A stretch of DNA of 64,000 nt from Candidatus Thalassarchaeaceae archaeon (GTDB taxonomy: Archaea > Thermoplasmatota > Poseidoniia > Poseidoniales > Thalassarchaeaceae), in contig JALRLV010000001.1 in assembly GCA_023268715.1 (NCBI GenBank), positions 70,383 to 134,382 of the forward strand. The letters run 5' to 3'. Shown here in pieces: positions 37,472 through 46,501 of the stretch. Each line of letters starts with the position of its first letter. The stretch's first letter is position 1. The notes below the pieces were generated by a model. The model was not told where the DNA came from. It was given only the letters and a program-made list of their open reading frames with translations, and did not search any database. Position numbers and translations under genes: made by a program.

Positions 37472-38947
37472 TTGACTCAGTGCGAAGCACTCGGATTATC
37501 TATGCAGCGTAGTGGAAGGATGGTCTGCGCGGTCCTGATGGTCATCACCATGTATTTCGCAGGATGTCTTTCAGGGGGCTCATCTTCTGGCACAATCGAT
37601 TCGATTGTTGATTGGGACAAAGATATGGTATACCTCGATGATCCAATGGGTCATGAGGATGCAAGGTATTTCGAAGTAGCCTCTCCTTTTTCCAACCAAT
37701 CATGGGGTAATTCTAGCTGGGCAGTCTTTGGAAATGAAGAAGGAGGAAATTGTTGTGAACACTATCTTGCAGCAACTAAAGAAGGCTGGATACTTAATTT
37801 CGGAGGAGAATATCCTACTTGGTCTGAAGACAGAGGACATACTTGGCAAGAATATCGGCCAAGTATTTTTTCTCAAATTGGTTGCAGGGAACCTAAGCCA
37901 ACTGTTCCTGGTCAAGAAGGTCTTGGGGAGGGAAGTATCGTCCAAGCCACTAATGGTGACCTAATTTCCATGGGTTGGTTCCCATATCCAAGTAGTAGTG
38001 GAGCGGACCAATTCTACGCCTTCCTTTACGACGCCGAGGATGAGGAATGGATGTGGTGCTTCAATCGTACCCCTGAACCATTCTACGACCGCTCTTGGCA
38101 AGTAGAAATCGTAGGCCCAATTAATGGTGGTTTGTATGGCAATGGTGAATATGCCACTTTGGTAATTTCTAATTTCTGGCACCAAGTTGCAAATCTTGGT
38201 GGCCAGATATCCACTGATGGTTTAAATTACGATTACTTTGATTTCCCTGACAGAGATGCTAACCTCGATTCGATCGAGGTTGATTTGACAGCGGAAGGTT
38301 TGGGTCCTGAGTGGGATTTTACAAAACCGCATAAAGAGATGCGTGCATTTCCTGTGCCATCAGGGGGTCTATACTTTCCTGACTACTTCACAGATGGAAC
38401 CGATGCATTCGTCGACACTTCGCTCAATTGGTGGTCCGCAACAACATTGAATGGTTCATCCCTCCCTACTCAGTATTGTGCTTTTGACTCATCATCTGCC
38501 TTACATTGCTTTGGTGGAATGTCTGGTGGTGTTGGTATTACACACTACATGTCTTGGGATGGAGGAGAAACTTGGGATTTACAGAATTACAACATCACGG
38601 GAAGTGCGACTGAGATTGAAGAATGGGAATGGCATTCTAGTGGAGTTCATGACCTGATGGTTGTCAACATCAGATACCAAAGTGCTGAAGGTCCTGATGT
38701 TGATGTTGCCTGGCATGTCCGAGGATACTCGGAATCCCTCGAACCTGACACCTTGACCTATCTTGGGCAAGGAGACCTGGATTCGACTTCGGGTGCTGGG
38801 AATGACATTCGGTTTGACTTTGCGAGTATGGGTATTCTGCCGGACGGAGGCTCATTCATCGCCTATCATGATTCAACAGACCCAGACCCGTTATTCGGAT
38901 TAGAGTTACTTTTACCAACTGAATATGGCCCGTCAATTGCGATTTGA
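37472..38947 (+). CDS. Secreted lipoprotein with BNR/Asp-box repeats (sialidase-like beta-propeller)
   Basis: It has a lipobox-like YFAGC and two exact Asp-box matches, SxDxGxTW (SEDRGHTW and SWDGGETW). The start is either the TTG at 37472 or the ATG at 37502. Confidence 0.6.
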   Translation: MTQCEALGLSMQRSGRMVCAVLMVITMYFAGCLSGGSSSGTIDSIVDWDKDMVYLDDPMGHEDARYFEVASPFSNQSWGNSSWAVFGNEEGGNCCEHYLAATKEGWILNFGGEYPTWSEDRGHTWQEYRPSIFSQIGCREPKPTVPGQEGLGEGSIVQATNGDLISMGWFPYPSSSGADQFYAFLYDAEDEEWMWCFNRTPEPFYDRSWQVEIVGPINGGLYGNGEYATLVISNFWHQVANLGGQISTDGLNYDYFDFPDRDANLDSIEVDLTAEGLGPEWDFTKPHKEMRAFPVPSGGLYFPDYFTDGTDAFVDTSLNWWSATTLNGSSLPTQYCAFDSSSALHCFGGMSGGVGITHYMSWDGGETWDLQNYNITGSATEIEEWEWHSSGVHDLMVVNIRYQSAEGPDVDVAWHVRGYSESLEPDTLTYLGQGDLDSTSGAGNDIRFDFASMGILPDGGSFIAYHDSTDPDPLFGLELLLPTEYGPSIAI

Positions 38948-38949
38948 GT

Positions 38950-41900
38950 CTACGCTTCAACAGCGAAGGTTACGGAGACTCCATCAACTTCGAAATGGTC
39001 TCCCTCAGTTTCACCTTGGTTCAATTGGGCAGTCCCTGCTCTGACCTCAGATTGAACGTGACCCCAATCGGAGTCCTCTAAATCAAGTCCTTCAACCCAA
39101 ACCGAGAGACTAATGGTTGCTTCGACATCAAGGTCGAGTTCCTTACGCTTTGCTTGTACTCTGCGAATTATGTCACGAGCTAGACCTTTGGATAGCAAGT
39201 CTTCGTCCAAAACCATGTCCAATACTAAGGATACATCTCCTACGTCTTCGTCAGAGATTGTTGCAGCTGCATAACCCTCTTGTTCCACTCTGCGGATTTC
39301 TATATCTTCCATTGTTATGTCATATCCTTCTAGAATACATATTCCTGCATCAATCTCAAGAAGTAGATTATCAGGGTCAGCCTCTGCCAGCAACGCTAGA
39401 ACCGAGGGTAAATCTTGACGGCACTTTGCACCTAGTGACTTCCTATTCGGTTCGATAACAATTCTTTGGAAGCGCTCGAGGTCATCTTCAGTAGTCAACA
39501 ATTCAACATTCAACTCTTCAGACAATAGTTCATGGAATTGTGAAATGTCTGGGCCACCAACTATCCATCCTGACTTGCATGGTAGTCTTTGTCTGCGATC
39601 GGCTTCAACTCGAATTCGACGACCGGTTTCTGCTAATGTCCGTACCAGAGCCATCTCTTGCTCCAATGCCCAATCCTGTGGAGGTAGACTTGAGTCTACT
39701 AATTTCGAGCCAACAGGCCAATCAGCGAGGTGTACGGAGACACCAGTCAAATCTCGGTGAATTTGATCAGGCATGAATGGAGCCACAGGGGCCATTAGAC
39801 GGCAGACTGTGAGAAGTACCTCGTGAAGGGTGTGTTGACAGGCACGCTTATCGCTTGAATCAGCCTCATCCCAAAGTCTTCGTCGACTTCTGCGAACATA
39901 CCAATTCGACAAGTCGTTGACAACGAATGATTCCAAATCTCTACCTGCTTTATGGAAATCCCAAGCAACGAATTGGTCGTGATAAGCATTGGCGACCGTA
40001 TGTAATCTTGAGAGAATCCAACGGTCGAGAGGGCTTCTCTCGGATACTGCAACAAAGCCCTCGTCATCATCCGGGTCAAAGCCATCAAGTGCAGCGTAGT
40101 CTGCATGGAATCGATGAACATTCCAAAGAGTCAGGAACATCTTTGCATATGACTCACGAACTCCGTTAGGGTCGAAGTTAGTCGGTGACCAAGGAGCACT
40201 TTGTGTCATCATATACCAGCGGATTGAATCCGAACCTTCCTTGTTGAAATGGTCCCATGGATTGACAACATTACCTCTTGACTTCGACATTTTCTTGCCA
40301 TCTTTATCCAGAATATGACCCAGGGAGAGACATCTTTTGTAGCATATACTGTCGAATACTGTGGTTGATACTGCCATCAGTGAATAGAACCAACCACGAG
40401 TTTGATCGACAGCCTCACAAATGTAGTCCACTGGGAATGAACCGTCGAATTTGTCATGATTTTCGAATGGATAATGCCACTGAGCAAAAGAGGCACATCC
40501 TGAATCGAACCAACAATCCATGACATAGGGTTCTCGAATCATTTCTCCTGAACAGCCCTCCGATGGGCAGTGTAATTTTACATCGTCGACATAGGGTCTG
40601 TGTAATTCAGGAGGCATTGAGGAATCAGCAGTTTTCATTTCCTCCATTTCAGCGATGCTTCCTATACAGTGTTCCTTACCACAGTCGGGGCAAATCCAAA
40701 CTGGTATTGGAGTCCCCCAATATCGTTCTCTACTAATCGCCCAATCTTTGATGTTGGAAAGCCATTCACCCATGCGCTTTTCACCTGTCCAAGAAGGAGC
40801 CCATTCTACCTCGGAATTGTATTGTAGAATTTGTTCTTTGACTGCGGTCATTCGAACGAACCAACTGTCCATTGCGTAGTATAACAGAGGGTGGTCGGTT
40901 CGCCAACAATGTGGGTAATCGTGAGTATATGTGTGCTCTCTGTAGAGTGAATTTTGCTCTGCGAGAAGGTCGATAACATCGGAATCACAATCCTTGACAT
41001 ATCGTCCGTCAAGTAGAATATGAGTTCCTTCAACAAATCTTCCATCCATTCCAACAGTATGTTGTGCTGGGAAACCTTCCTTCATTCCAAGATTGTAATC
41101 GTCTTCACCATACATTACCGCTGTATGCACAACACCTGTTCCGTCAGTGGTGGTGACGAAATCAGCACCTACGATTGTCCAAGCAGTGGGATGATTGGAT
41201 CCATCGATTGCACCTTCAAACAGCGGTTGGTATGACATGCCAACTAAATCTGAGCCCGGAAATTCCTCAACAACTTCCACTTGATGTCTCAAAACTGTAC
41301 CCATTAAATCCTTGGCAAGAATCAATTCTTCCTCTAATGGAGCACCTCCACGCCCTTCCCATGAGTCTGATGGAGGAGCAGTAATCTTGACTCGAACATA
41401 AGTCACATCTGGTCCAACTGCGAGTCCAACATTTCCAGGGAGCGTCCAAGGAGTGGTAGTCCAAGCCAGTACCGAAGCATCATCATCTGACAATTTGAAC
41501 TTAACAAAAACTGCTGGTTCTGAAACTTCTTTGTAACCAAGAGCAACTTCATGGCTGGAATAGCTGGTTCCTGTCTGAGGGCAATAAGGCAGGACCTTAT
41601 GGCCTCTGAATAGCAGTCCTTTGTCGAACATTTGCTTCAAAGACCACCAAGCGGATTCAATGAAATCATCGTGTAAAGTAACGTACGGGTCATCTAAGTC
41701 AACCCAGAAACCCATTCTTTCGGTCATCTCTCGCCATGCTTGCTCGTAAGTCCAGACACTCTCCTTACATTTCTGATTGAATGCTTTCATTCCGTAAGCC
41801 TCAATCGCTTCATTACTCATCAGGTCCAATTGTTTCTGAACTTCAATTTCGACAGGAAGTCCGTGAGTGTCCCAACCTGCTTTTCTTTCCACGATGTGCC

Positions 41901-42186
41901 CTTCCATAGTCTTCCATCGGCAAACTAAGTCCTTGAATAGGCGAGAAATAACGTGATGAATTCCTGGTTTTCCGTTAGCGGTTGGCGGCCCTTCTAGGAA
42001 GGTGAACGGAGATGCACCGTCACGGCGCTCCTCAATGCTCTGGGCGAATGTATTCTCATCGCTCCAGGTTTGCATCAAGGCTGTCTCGAGGGCGACCGGA
42101 TCAAGGTCACCTGCTTGTGTCGGCACTACCATCGGAGCACCCGAACTGAGATGTCGTCTTGAACTTGAGGGGCGAGTCACACACAT
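38950..42186 (-). CDS. ileS: Isoleucine--tRNA ligase
   Basis: It has the HIGH motif (PTANGKPGIHHV), KMSKSRGN and the CP1 editing-domain length. The start is at 42186 or 42132. The longest ORF, to 42312, runs into the AT-rich promoter region. Confidence 0.95.
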   Translation of the reverse strand: MCVTRPSSSRRHLSSGAPMVVPTQAGDLDPVALETALMQTWSDENTFAQSIEERRDGASPFTFLEGPPTANGKPGIHHVISRLFKDLVCRWKTMEGHIVERKAGWDTHGLPVEIEVQKQLDLMSNEAIEAYGMKAFNQKCKESVWTYEQAWREMTERMGFWVDLDDPYVTLHDDFIESAWWSLKQMFDKGLLFRGHKVLPYCPQTGTSYSSHEVALGYKEVSEPAVFVKFKLSDDDASVLAWTTTPWTLPGNVGLAVGPDVTYVRVKITAPPSDSWEGRGGAPLEEELILAKDLMGTVLRHQVEVVEEFPGSDLVGMSYQPLFEGAIDGSNHPTAWTIVGADFVTTTDGTGVVHTAVMYGEDDYNLGMKEGFPAQHTVGMDGRFVEGTHILLDGRYVKDCDSDVIDLLAEQNSLYREHTYTHDYPHCWRTDHPLLYYAMDSWFVRMTAVKEQILQYNSEVEWAPSWTGEKRMGEWLSNIKDWAISRERYWGTPIPVWICPDCGKEHCIGSIAEMEEMKTADSSMPPELHRPYVDDVKLHCPSEGCSGEMIREPYVMDCWFDSGCASFAQWHYPFENHDKFDGSFPVDYICEAVDQTRGWFYSLMAVSTTVFDSICYKRCLSLGHILDKDGKKMSKSRGNVVNPWDHFNKEGSDSIRWYMMTQSAPWSPTNFDPNGVRESYAKMFLTLWNVHRFHADYAALDGFDPDDDEGFVAVSERSPLDRWILSRLHTVANAYHDQFVAWDFHKAGRDLESFVVNDLSNWYVRRSRRRLWDEADSSDKRACQHTLHEVLLTVCRLMAPVAPFMPDQIHRDLTGVSVHLADWPVGSKLVDSSLPPQDWALEQEMALVRTLAETGRRIRVEADRRQRLPCKSGWIVGGPDISQFHELLSEELNVELLTTEDDLERFQRIVIEPNRKSLGAKCRQDLPSVLALLAEADPDNLLLEIDAGICILEGYDITMEDIEIRRVEQEGYAAATISDEDVGDVSLVLDMVLDEDLLSKGLARDIIRRVQAKRKELDLDVEATISLSVWVEGLDLEDSDWGHVQSEVRAGTAQLNQGETEGDHFEVDGVSVTFAVEA

Positions 42187-42220
42187 CTGATTATCAGATA
42201 CAATTAACCGATTGCAATAT

Positions 42221-42260
42221 TTATTGTAGTCAATAAATAGGTTTATATTGACTACAATAA
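42221..42260. promoter_or_regulatory. Perfect 14-bp inverted repeat (candidate operator) overlapping a TATA-like box in the ileS/copA divergent region
   Basis: The left arm ttattgtagtcaat spans 42221-42234. A 12-nt spacer, aaataggtttat, follows. The right arm attgactacaataa spans 42247-42260. The TATA-like tttatatt at 42242-42249 lies about 23-30 nt upstream of the ATG at 42272. Confidence 0.5.
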
Positions 42261-42271
42261 TCGCCAGATTA

Positions 42272-42454
42272 ATGCCCCGCATCCATGCTAGTGTCTGCGA
42301 ATGTAATTGCAAAATGAAGCGAATTTATGCTCGTTCAGAAGGAGGTAAGGGCTGGGATCCAGTCGGCTGGATATGCACTTGTGGATGTGGATGTGTAACT
42401 CTCGATGAGGGTAACTGGCAGTTGATGGATTGTTGTACAAATCGAGATGATTGA
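42272..42454 (+). CDS. Candidate 60-aa cysteine-rich small protein (metallothionein/TRASH-like) translationally coupled to copA
   Basis: The sequence is MPRIHASVCECNCKMKRIYARSEGGKGWDPVGWICTCGCGCVTLDEGNWQLMDCCTNRDD, with 10 Cys in 60 aa. Its stop (42452-42454) overlaps the copA ATG (42447) as ATGATTGA. Coding status is unproven. Confidence 0.4.
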   Translation: MPRIHASVCECNCKMKRIYARSEGGKGWDPVGWICTCGCGCVTLDEGNWQLMDCCTNRDD

Positions 42455-44720
42455 AATGACTGAAGAAACTCTCTCCTTGAGCGTAAGCGGAATGACTTGT
42501 GCTGCTTGTGCTGCTTCTGTGGAACGCGTTTTGAGTAAGTTGGATTTTGTAGAAAACGCATCGGTAAACCTTCCGATGGAAAAAGTGAATATTCTATTTT
42601 CACGTGAGATAACAGAGTTTGATTCAGATACATGCGTCAAGCAGATAGAAGGTGCGGGATTTGGAGCAAAAGAATTGGCATCTCCTCTGAGTGTACGCGA
42701 AGAAAATGAAAAAAGTGTAAAAAAACAGTTAAATCGAGTGATTACCGCTTTTTCTTTGAGTATTCCGGTATTCTTCCTCACAATGGTTATCGAAGACTTC
42801 GGGACAATTGGTTCCCTTAATCTTCGTCTAACCCTCGCGATGATACCTTCTCTTGTGATTTATTCATACTCAGGGGCAGAGTTTCATCGACGAGCCTGGA
42901 AATCTATTCTAAGGGGGACAGCAAATATGGATGTTTTAGTGCACTTAGGGACATCCGTCGCGATGATATGGTCTTGCGCTGTTACTCTCTCTCCGCTAAT
43001 TTCTCCTAGTAGTGTCTTTTTCGAAAACTCCAGTCATGTGTTTTTCGATGGTGCATCTTTCATTATTTCATTCGTTTTACTTGGAAATTATCTTGAATCT
43101 AACGCTAAACTGAAGGCAACAGATGCGGTACATGGTTTGATGAGATTACAACCAAAACAAGCCAGCATCATTCAAGAAGATGGAACTATTTTGCTTATGC
43201 CCGTTAGCGATATTCCAAGGGGCTCGGTTTTGAGAGTTCTCGCTGGAGACACTATACCTCTGGACGGGGTAGTCGAAAAGGGGTCAGCTTTGCTTGACGA
43301 ATCAATGATGACCGGCGAATCCTATCCTGTAATGAAAACCTATGGTGATACAGTGGTAGCAGGTACAATTGTCATGGATAGCACCTTGGTCATTAGGACA
43401 AATTCACTTGTTCAAGAAACCATGCTGGCAAAGGTGATTACGCTAGTTGATGAGGCACAGAATGGAAAAGCCCCGATCCAGAGGCTAGTGGATAGAATAT
43501 CTGCAATTTTTGTCCCGGTAGTTGTTTTATTGGCAATTTTGGCTTCTGTTTTTTGGCTAATATTTGCAGAAGAATTAGCAACCAAGTCTTCTATGTCTTC
43601 GGCAGAGATTTCAGTTATGGTTTTGGTGAGTAGCCTAGTCATAGCTTGCCCCTGCGCTTTGGGGCTAGCAACCCCAACAGCGCTTGTTGTAGGAACCGGT
43701 CAAGGTGCTAAGTTCGGTCTATTGATTAAAGGAATTGAAGCATTGGAAAAGTCCCACTCCACTACGGTAGTAGTATTGGATAAAACTGGAACCATAACTG
43801 AAGGCAGCCCTGTTGTCAAGGGTGTGAACGTTTTGAATGGAGATAGGGAGGAAATTCTCTCAATATCTTCAGGTCTTGAATTTGAATCGACACATCCAAT
43901 CGCTAGCGCAATTCATCATGAATGTGACAAAAGTGACTATTCTCGATTAAAAATTGATGATATCGAAACACAACCAGGGTTAGGGCTGTCAGGTAAATTA
44001 GGTTCGCATCAAGTAAGAATAGGAAATGTGGACTTGATGCGTAGTTCAGGTATTGATATCTCAGATAAATTGGATGAGAAACTTGCCACCAGAGCCGAGA
44101 ATGGCATTACTATAGTGTTGGTCGCTAAGGATGATGTTATTCTTGGATGGATAGAAATTTTCGATAAGATAAGAGACACCTCAAAATCGTCAATAGACGA
44201 ACTGAGAAAGAATGGAATCGATGTAGTAATGTTGACAGGTGATCGAATCGAGGTAGCTAAAAGCGTGGCTAGTTCAGTTGGTATAGAGAACATAATTGCA
44301 GGAGTCAAGCCCGATCAGAAGGCAGAATACATTCGGGACTTGCAGCAGAATGGAACAGTTGCCATGATAGGAGATGGAATCAACGATGCAGCGGCATTGG
44401 CGATAGCCGATGTTGGTATCGCTATGGGTTCTGGGAGTGAGATCGCCCTAGAAAGTGCAGACATAGTTCTTGTACGAAACGATCTATCCGATGCGGTTGC
44501 AGCCTTAGATCTGGGTCGCTCGACAATGAAAAAAATCAGAGAAAATCTCGTTTGGGCGTTCATGTATAACGTTCTAGGAATCCCATTAGCAATGGGAGTT
44601 TTATTTCCGAGTACCGGAGTTCTTCTGCCACCAGCCTTTGCTGCTGCAGCGATGTCCATGTCTTCAGTTAGCGTCTTAGGAAACTCATTACGGCTAAAGA
44701 GATGGAAACCAGGTGTCTGA
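42447..44720 (+). CDS. copA: Copper-translocating P1B-type ATPase
   Basis: It has an N-terminal HMA domain (GMTCAACAASV), TGES, the CPC motif (ACPCALGLATP), DKTGT and GDGINDA. Confidence 0.95.
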   Translation: MIEMTEETLSLSVSGMTCAACAASVERVLSKLDFVENASVNLPMEKVNILFSREITEFDSDTCVKQIEGAGFGAKELASPLSVREENEKSVKKQLNRVITAFSLSIPVFFLTMVIEDFGTIGSLNLRLTLAMIPSLVIYSYSGAEFHRRAWKSILRGTANMDVLVHLGTSVAMIWSCAVTLSPLISPSSVFFENSSHVFFDGASFIISFVLLGNYLESNAKLKATDAVHGLMRLQPKQASIIQEDGTILLMPVSDIPRGSVLRVLAGDTIPLDGVVEKGSALLDESMMTGESYPVMKTYGDTVVAGTIVMDSTLVIRTNSLVQETMLAKVITLVDEAQNGKAPIQRLVDRISAIFVPVVVLLAILASVFWLIFAEELATKSSMSSAEISVMVLVSSLVIACPCALGLATPTALVVGTGQGAKFGLLIKGIEALEKSHSTTVVVLDKTGTITEGSPVVKGVNVLNGDREEILSISSGLEFESTHPIASAIHHECDKSDYSRLKIDDIETQPGLGLSGKLGSHQVRIGNVDLMRSSGIDISDKLDEKLATRAENGITIVLVAKDDVILGWIEIFDKIRDTSKSSIDELRKNGIDVVMLTGDRIEVAKSVASSVGIENIIAGVKPDQKAEYIRDLQQNGTVAMIGDGINDAAALAIADVGIAMGSGSEIALESADIVLVRNDLSDAVAALDLGRSTMKKIRENLVWAFMYNVLGIPLAMGVLFPSTGVLLPPAFAAAAMSMSSVSVLGNSLRLKRWKPGV

Positions 44721-44766
44721 TTCTATAAATGCGACACTTCAAATCACAAGGCTCTTGTGGCGGACC

Positions 44767-44982
44767 ATGAGTCAAATTACACACCATGTGGCAATTTTAG
44801 GAATGACTTGTGGCGGCTGTTCAGGAAGAGTATCTAATGTGTTAGAAAATACTCCTGGTGTAATTCAGGCAGAGATATCACACGAGTCTAACTCCGGAGT
44901 CGTAGTATCCACAGATGAAGTATCAATCCAAGAAATAATTGAGATTGTTAAAAATACCGGTTTTGAAGCAAGCGAATATTGA
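44767..44982 (+). CDS. copZ: Copper chaperone, HMA domain
   Basis: The sequence MSQITHHVAILGMTCGGCSGRVSNVL carries an MxCxxC motif, and the protein is about 70 aa. The start is taken at the ATG at 44767. Confidence 0.85.
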   Translation: MSQITHHVAILGMTCGGCSGRVSNVLENTPGVIQAEISHESNSGVVVSTDEVSIQEIIEIVKNTGFEASEY

Positions 44983-45769
44983 GGATGGTGATTATATTAC
45001 CCAATACCAAGAATTAGCCAATGACATCACTCATTGGATTAAGTATTATGCAGAAAGTAACTGCATATCCACTTTGGTAATCGGAGTATCCGGTGGTATC
45101 GATTCTGCTGTGAGTTCAACTCTTTCGGCTAGAACAGGTCTACCCACAATCGTCGTAAATATGCCAATCCACCAAGATCCTAAGCAATATGAGTTATCGA
45201 ACAAACATATTTCATGGCTAGAATCTAATTTTGATAATGTCGAAAGCAGATTGGTAGATTTGACAGGCACCTATGACAAATTCAATCAGGAAATGAAAGA
45301 ACAGGATTTATCCTCCCTTGCACTAGCTAATTCCCGTGCCCGTTTACGAATGACCACTCTCTATGCGATTGCGAGTTCTACTGGAGGTATTGTTATAGGA
45401 ACTGGAAACAAAGTAGAGGACTTTGGAGTTGGCTTTTTCACAAAATACGGCGATGGCGGAGTCGATATTTCACCCATCGCCGACCTAATGAAATCAGAAG
45501 TCTATGAGGTTGCTAAGGCTCTGGACATAATTGAGGAAATTCAACAGGCAGCCCCTACGGATGGATTGTGGGATGATGGCAGAACTGATGAGGAACAAAT
45601 CGGGGCTTCATACGCTGAACTAGAATGGGCAATGAGGTATGAAGAAAATCCATCAGAGGATTTGACCGAACGACAACACGAGGTTCTAGAAATTTATCGC
45701 GGATTCAACAAAGCCAATTCCCACAAGATGAATCCAATCCCAATTTTTGAGATGAAGAATCGTCAATGA
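44939..45769 (+). CDS. nadE: NH3-dependent NAD+ synthetase
   Basis: It has the PP-loop VIGVSGGIDSAV, GTGNKVEDFGVGFFTKYGDGG and APTDGLW. The start is uncertain; the TTG at 44939 overlaps the copZ end. Confidence 0.85.
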   Translation: MRLLKIPVLKQANIEDGDYITQYQELANDITHWIKYYAESNCISTLVIGVSGGIDSAVSSTLSARTGLPTIVVNMPIHQDPKQYELSNKHISWLESNFDNVESRLVDLTGTYDKFNQEMKEQDLSSLALANSRARLRMTTLYAIASSTGGIVIGTGNKVEDFGVGFFTKYGDGGVDISPIADLMKSEVYEVAKALDIIEEIQQAAPTDGLWDDGRTDEEQIGASYAELEWAMRYEENPSEDLTERQHEVLEIYRGFNKANSHKMNPIPIFEMKNRQ

Positions 45770-46501
45770 GTGATGCAAATGTCAATGCAACTCTGTGGAG
45801 CCGAAGATGTTCGAGATGCTATTGAGAAAGGAGAATCCATATCATTGATTTTAGCAAAAAGAGATCATGATAATCAAGCGGTCGATGAAATTATTTCGAT
45901 GGCTGAAAAATCTGAAATTCGTGTGATTGAAGGCTCAGAGAATGATTTGTGGAGAATGGCAAGGGATAATTCAGATGGTGCCCCCGACATTCTTGCCTTA
46001 GTAGGCAGAAATCCTTCCGCCACCTTCGAAGAAGTTCTCCAATCAGGTGGTTTAATTTGGATGCTTGACGGAGCAAAATATCCAGTCAACATTGGCTTTT
46101 GTATACGGACTGCGGAAGTCTCCGGCGCAGATGCCGTAATCATAGACGGGCAGTTGAATAATCAAGAAAGAAGTGCGGCAAAACGTGCTTCGATGAAAGC
46201 ACATCGCTTCATTCCAGTCTTCTGGCGTAAAGCCATTGAGTCGATTCAGTTGGCTAAACAGGCGGGGTTTCGAATAATTGCTATTGAAGATGTTGGGGAA
46301 AAGACGCCGTGGGAAGTAGACTTGAGTGGCAATGTAATTCTAATCGTTGGAGGTGAAAGAGAAGGCATCGCAGATGAGGTGTTGTCTTCAGCTGACGAAG
46401 TCATCAAGATTCCAATGACGGGTTTCGTTCCATCTTTCAATCTACAGGCACCGTTATCAGCGGTGGCGATTGAGGCGCAGAGACAGCGCTCATATCAATG
46501 A
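45770..46501 (+). CDS. SpoU/TrmH-family RNA 2'-O-methyltransferase
   Basis: It has SPOUT motifs: NIGFCIRTAEVSGADAVI, VILIVGGEREGI and IPMTGFVPSFNLQAPLSAV. Confidence 0.8.
   Translation: MMQMSMQLCGAEDVRDAIEKGESISLILAKRDHDNQAVDEIISMAEKSEIRVIEGSENDLWRMARDNSDGAPDILALVGRNPSATFEEVLQSGGLIWMLDGAKYPVNIGFCIRTAEVSGADAVIIDGQLNNQERSAAKRASMKAHRFIPVFWRKAIESIQLAKQAGFRIIAIEDVGEKTPWEVDLSGNVILIVGGEREGIADEVLSSADEVIKIPMTGFVPSFNLQAPLSAVAIEAQRQRSYQ

Noticed and set aside
42376-42396. The tgtgga tgtgga tgtgta mini-repeat viewed as a simple-sequence repeat rather than coding sequence.
   Set aside because: This is not fully rejected. It is the main caveat on the Cys-rich ORF. I kept the coding hypothesis for two reasons. 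The frame is open for 60 codons from a TATA-positioned ATG, and it ends overlapping the copA start.
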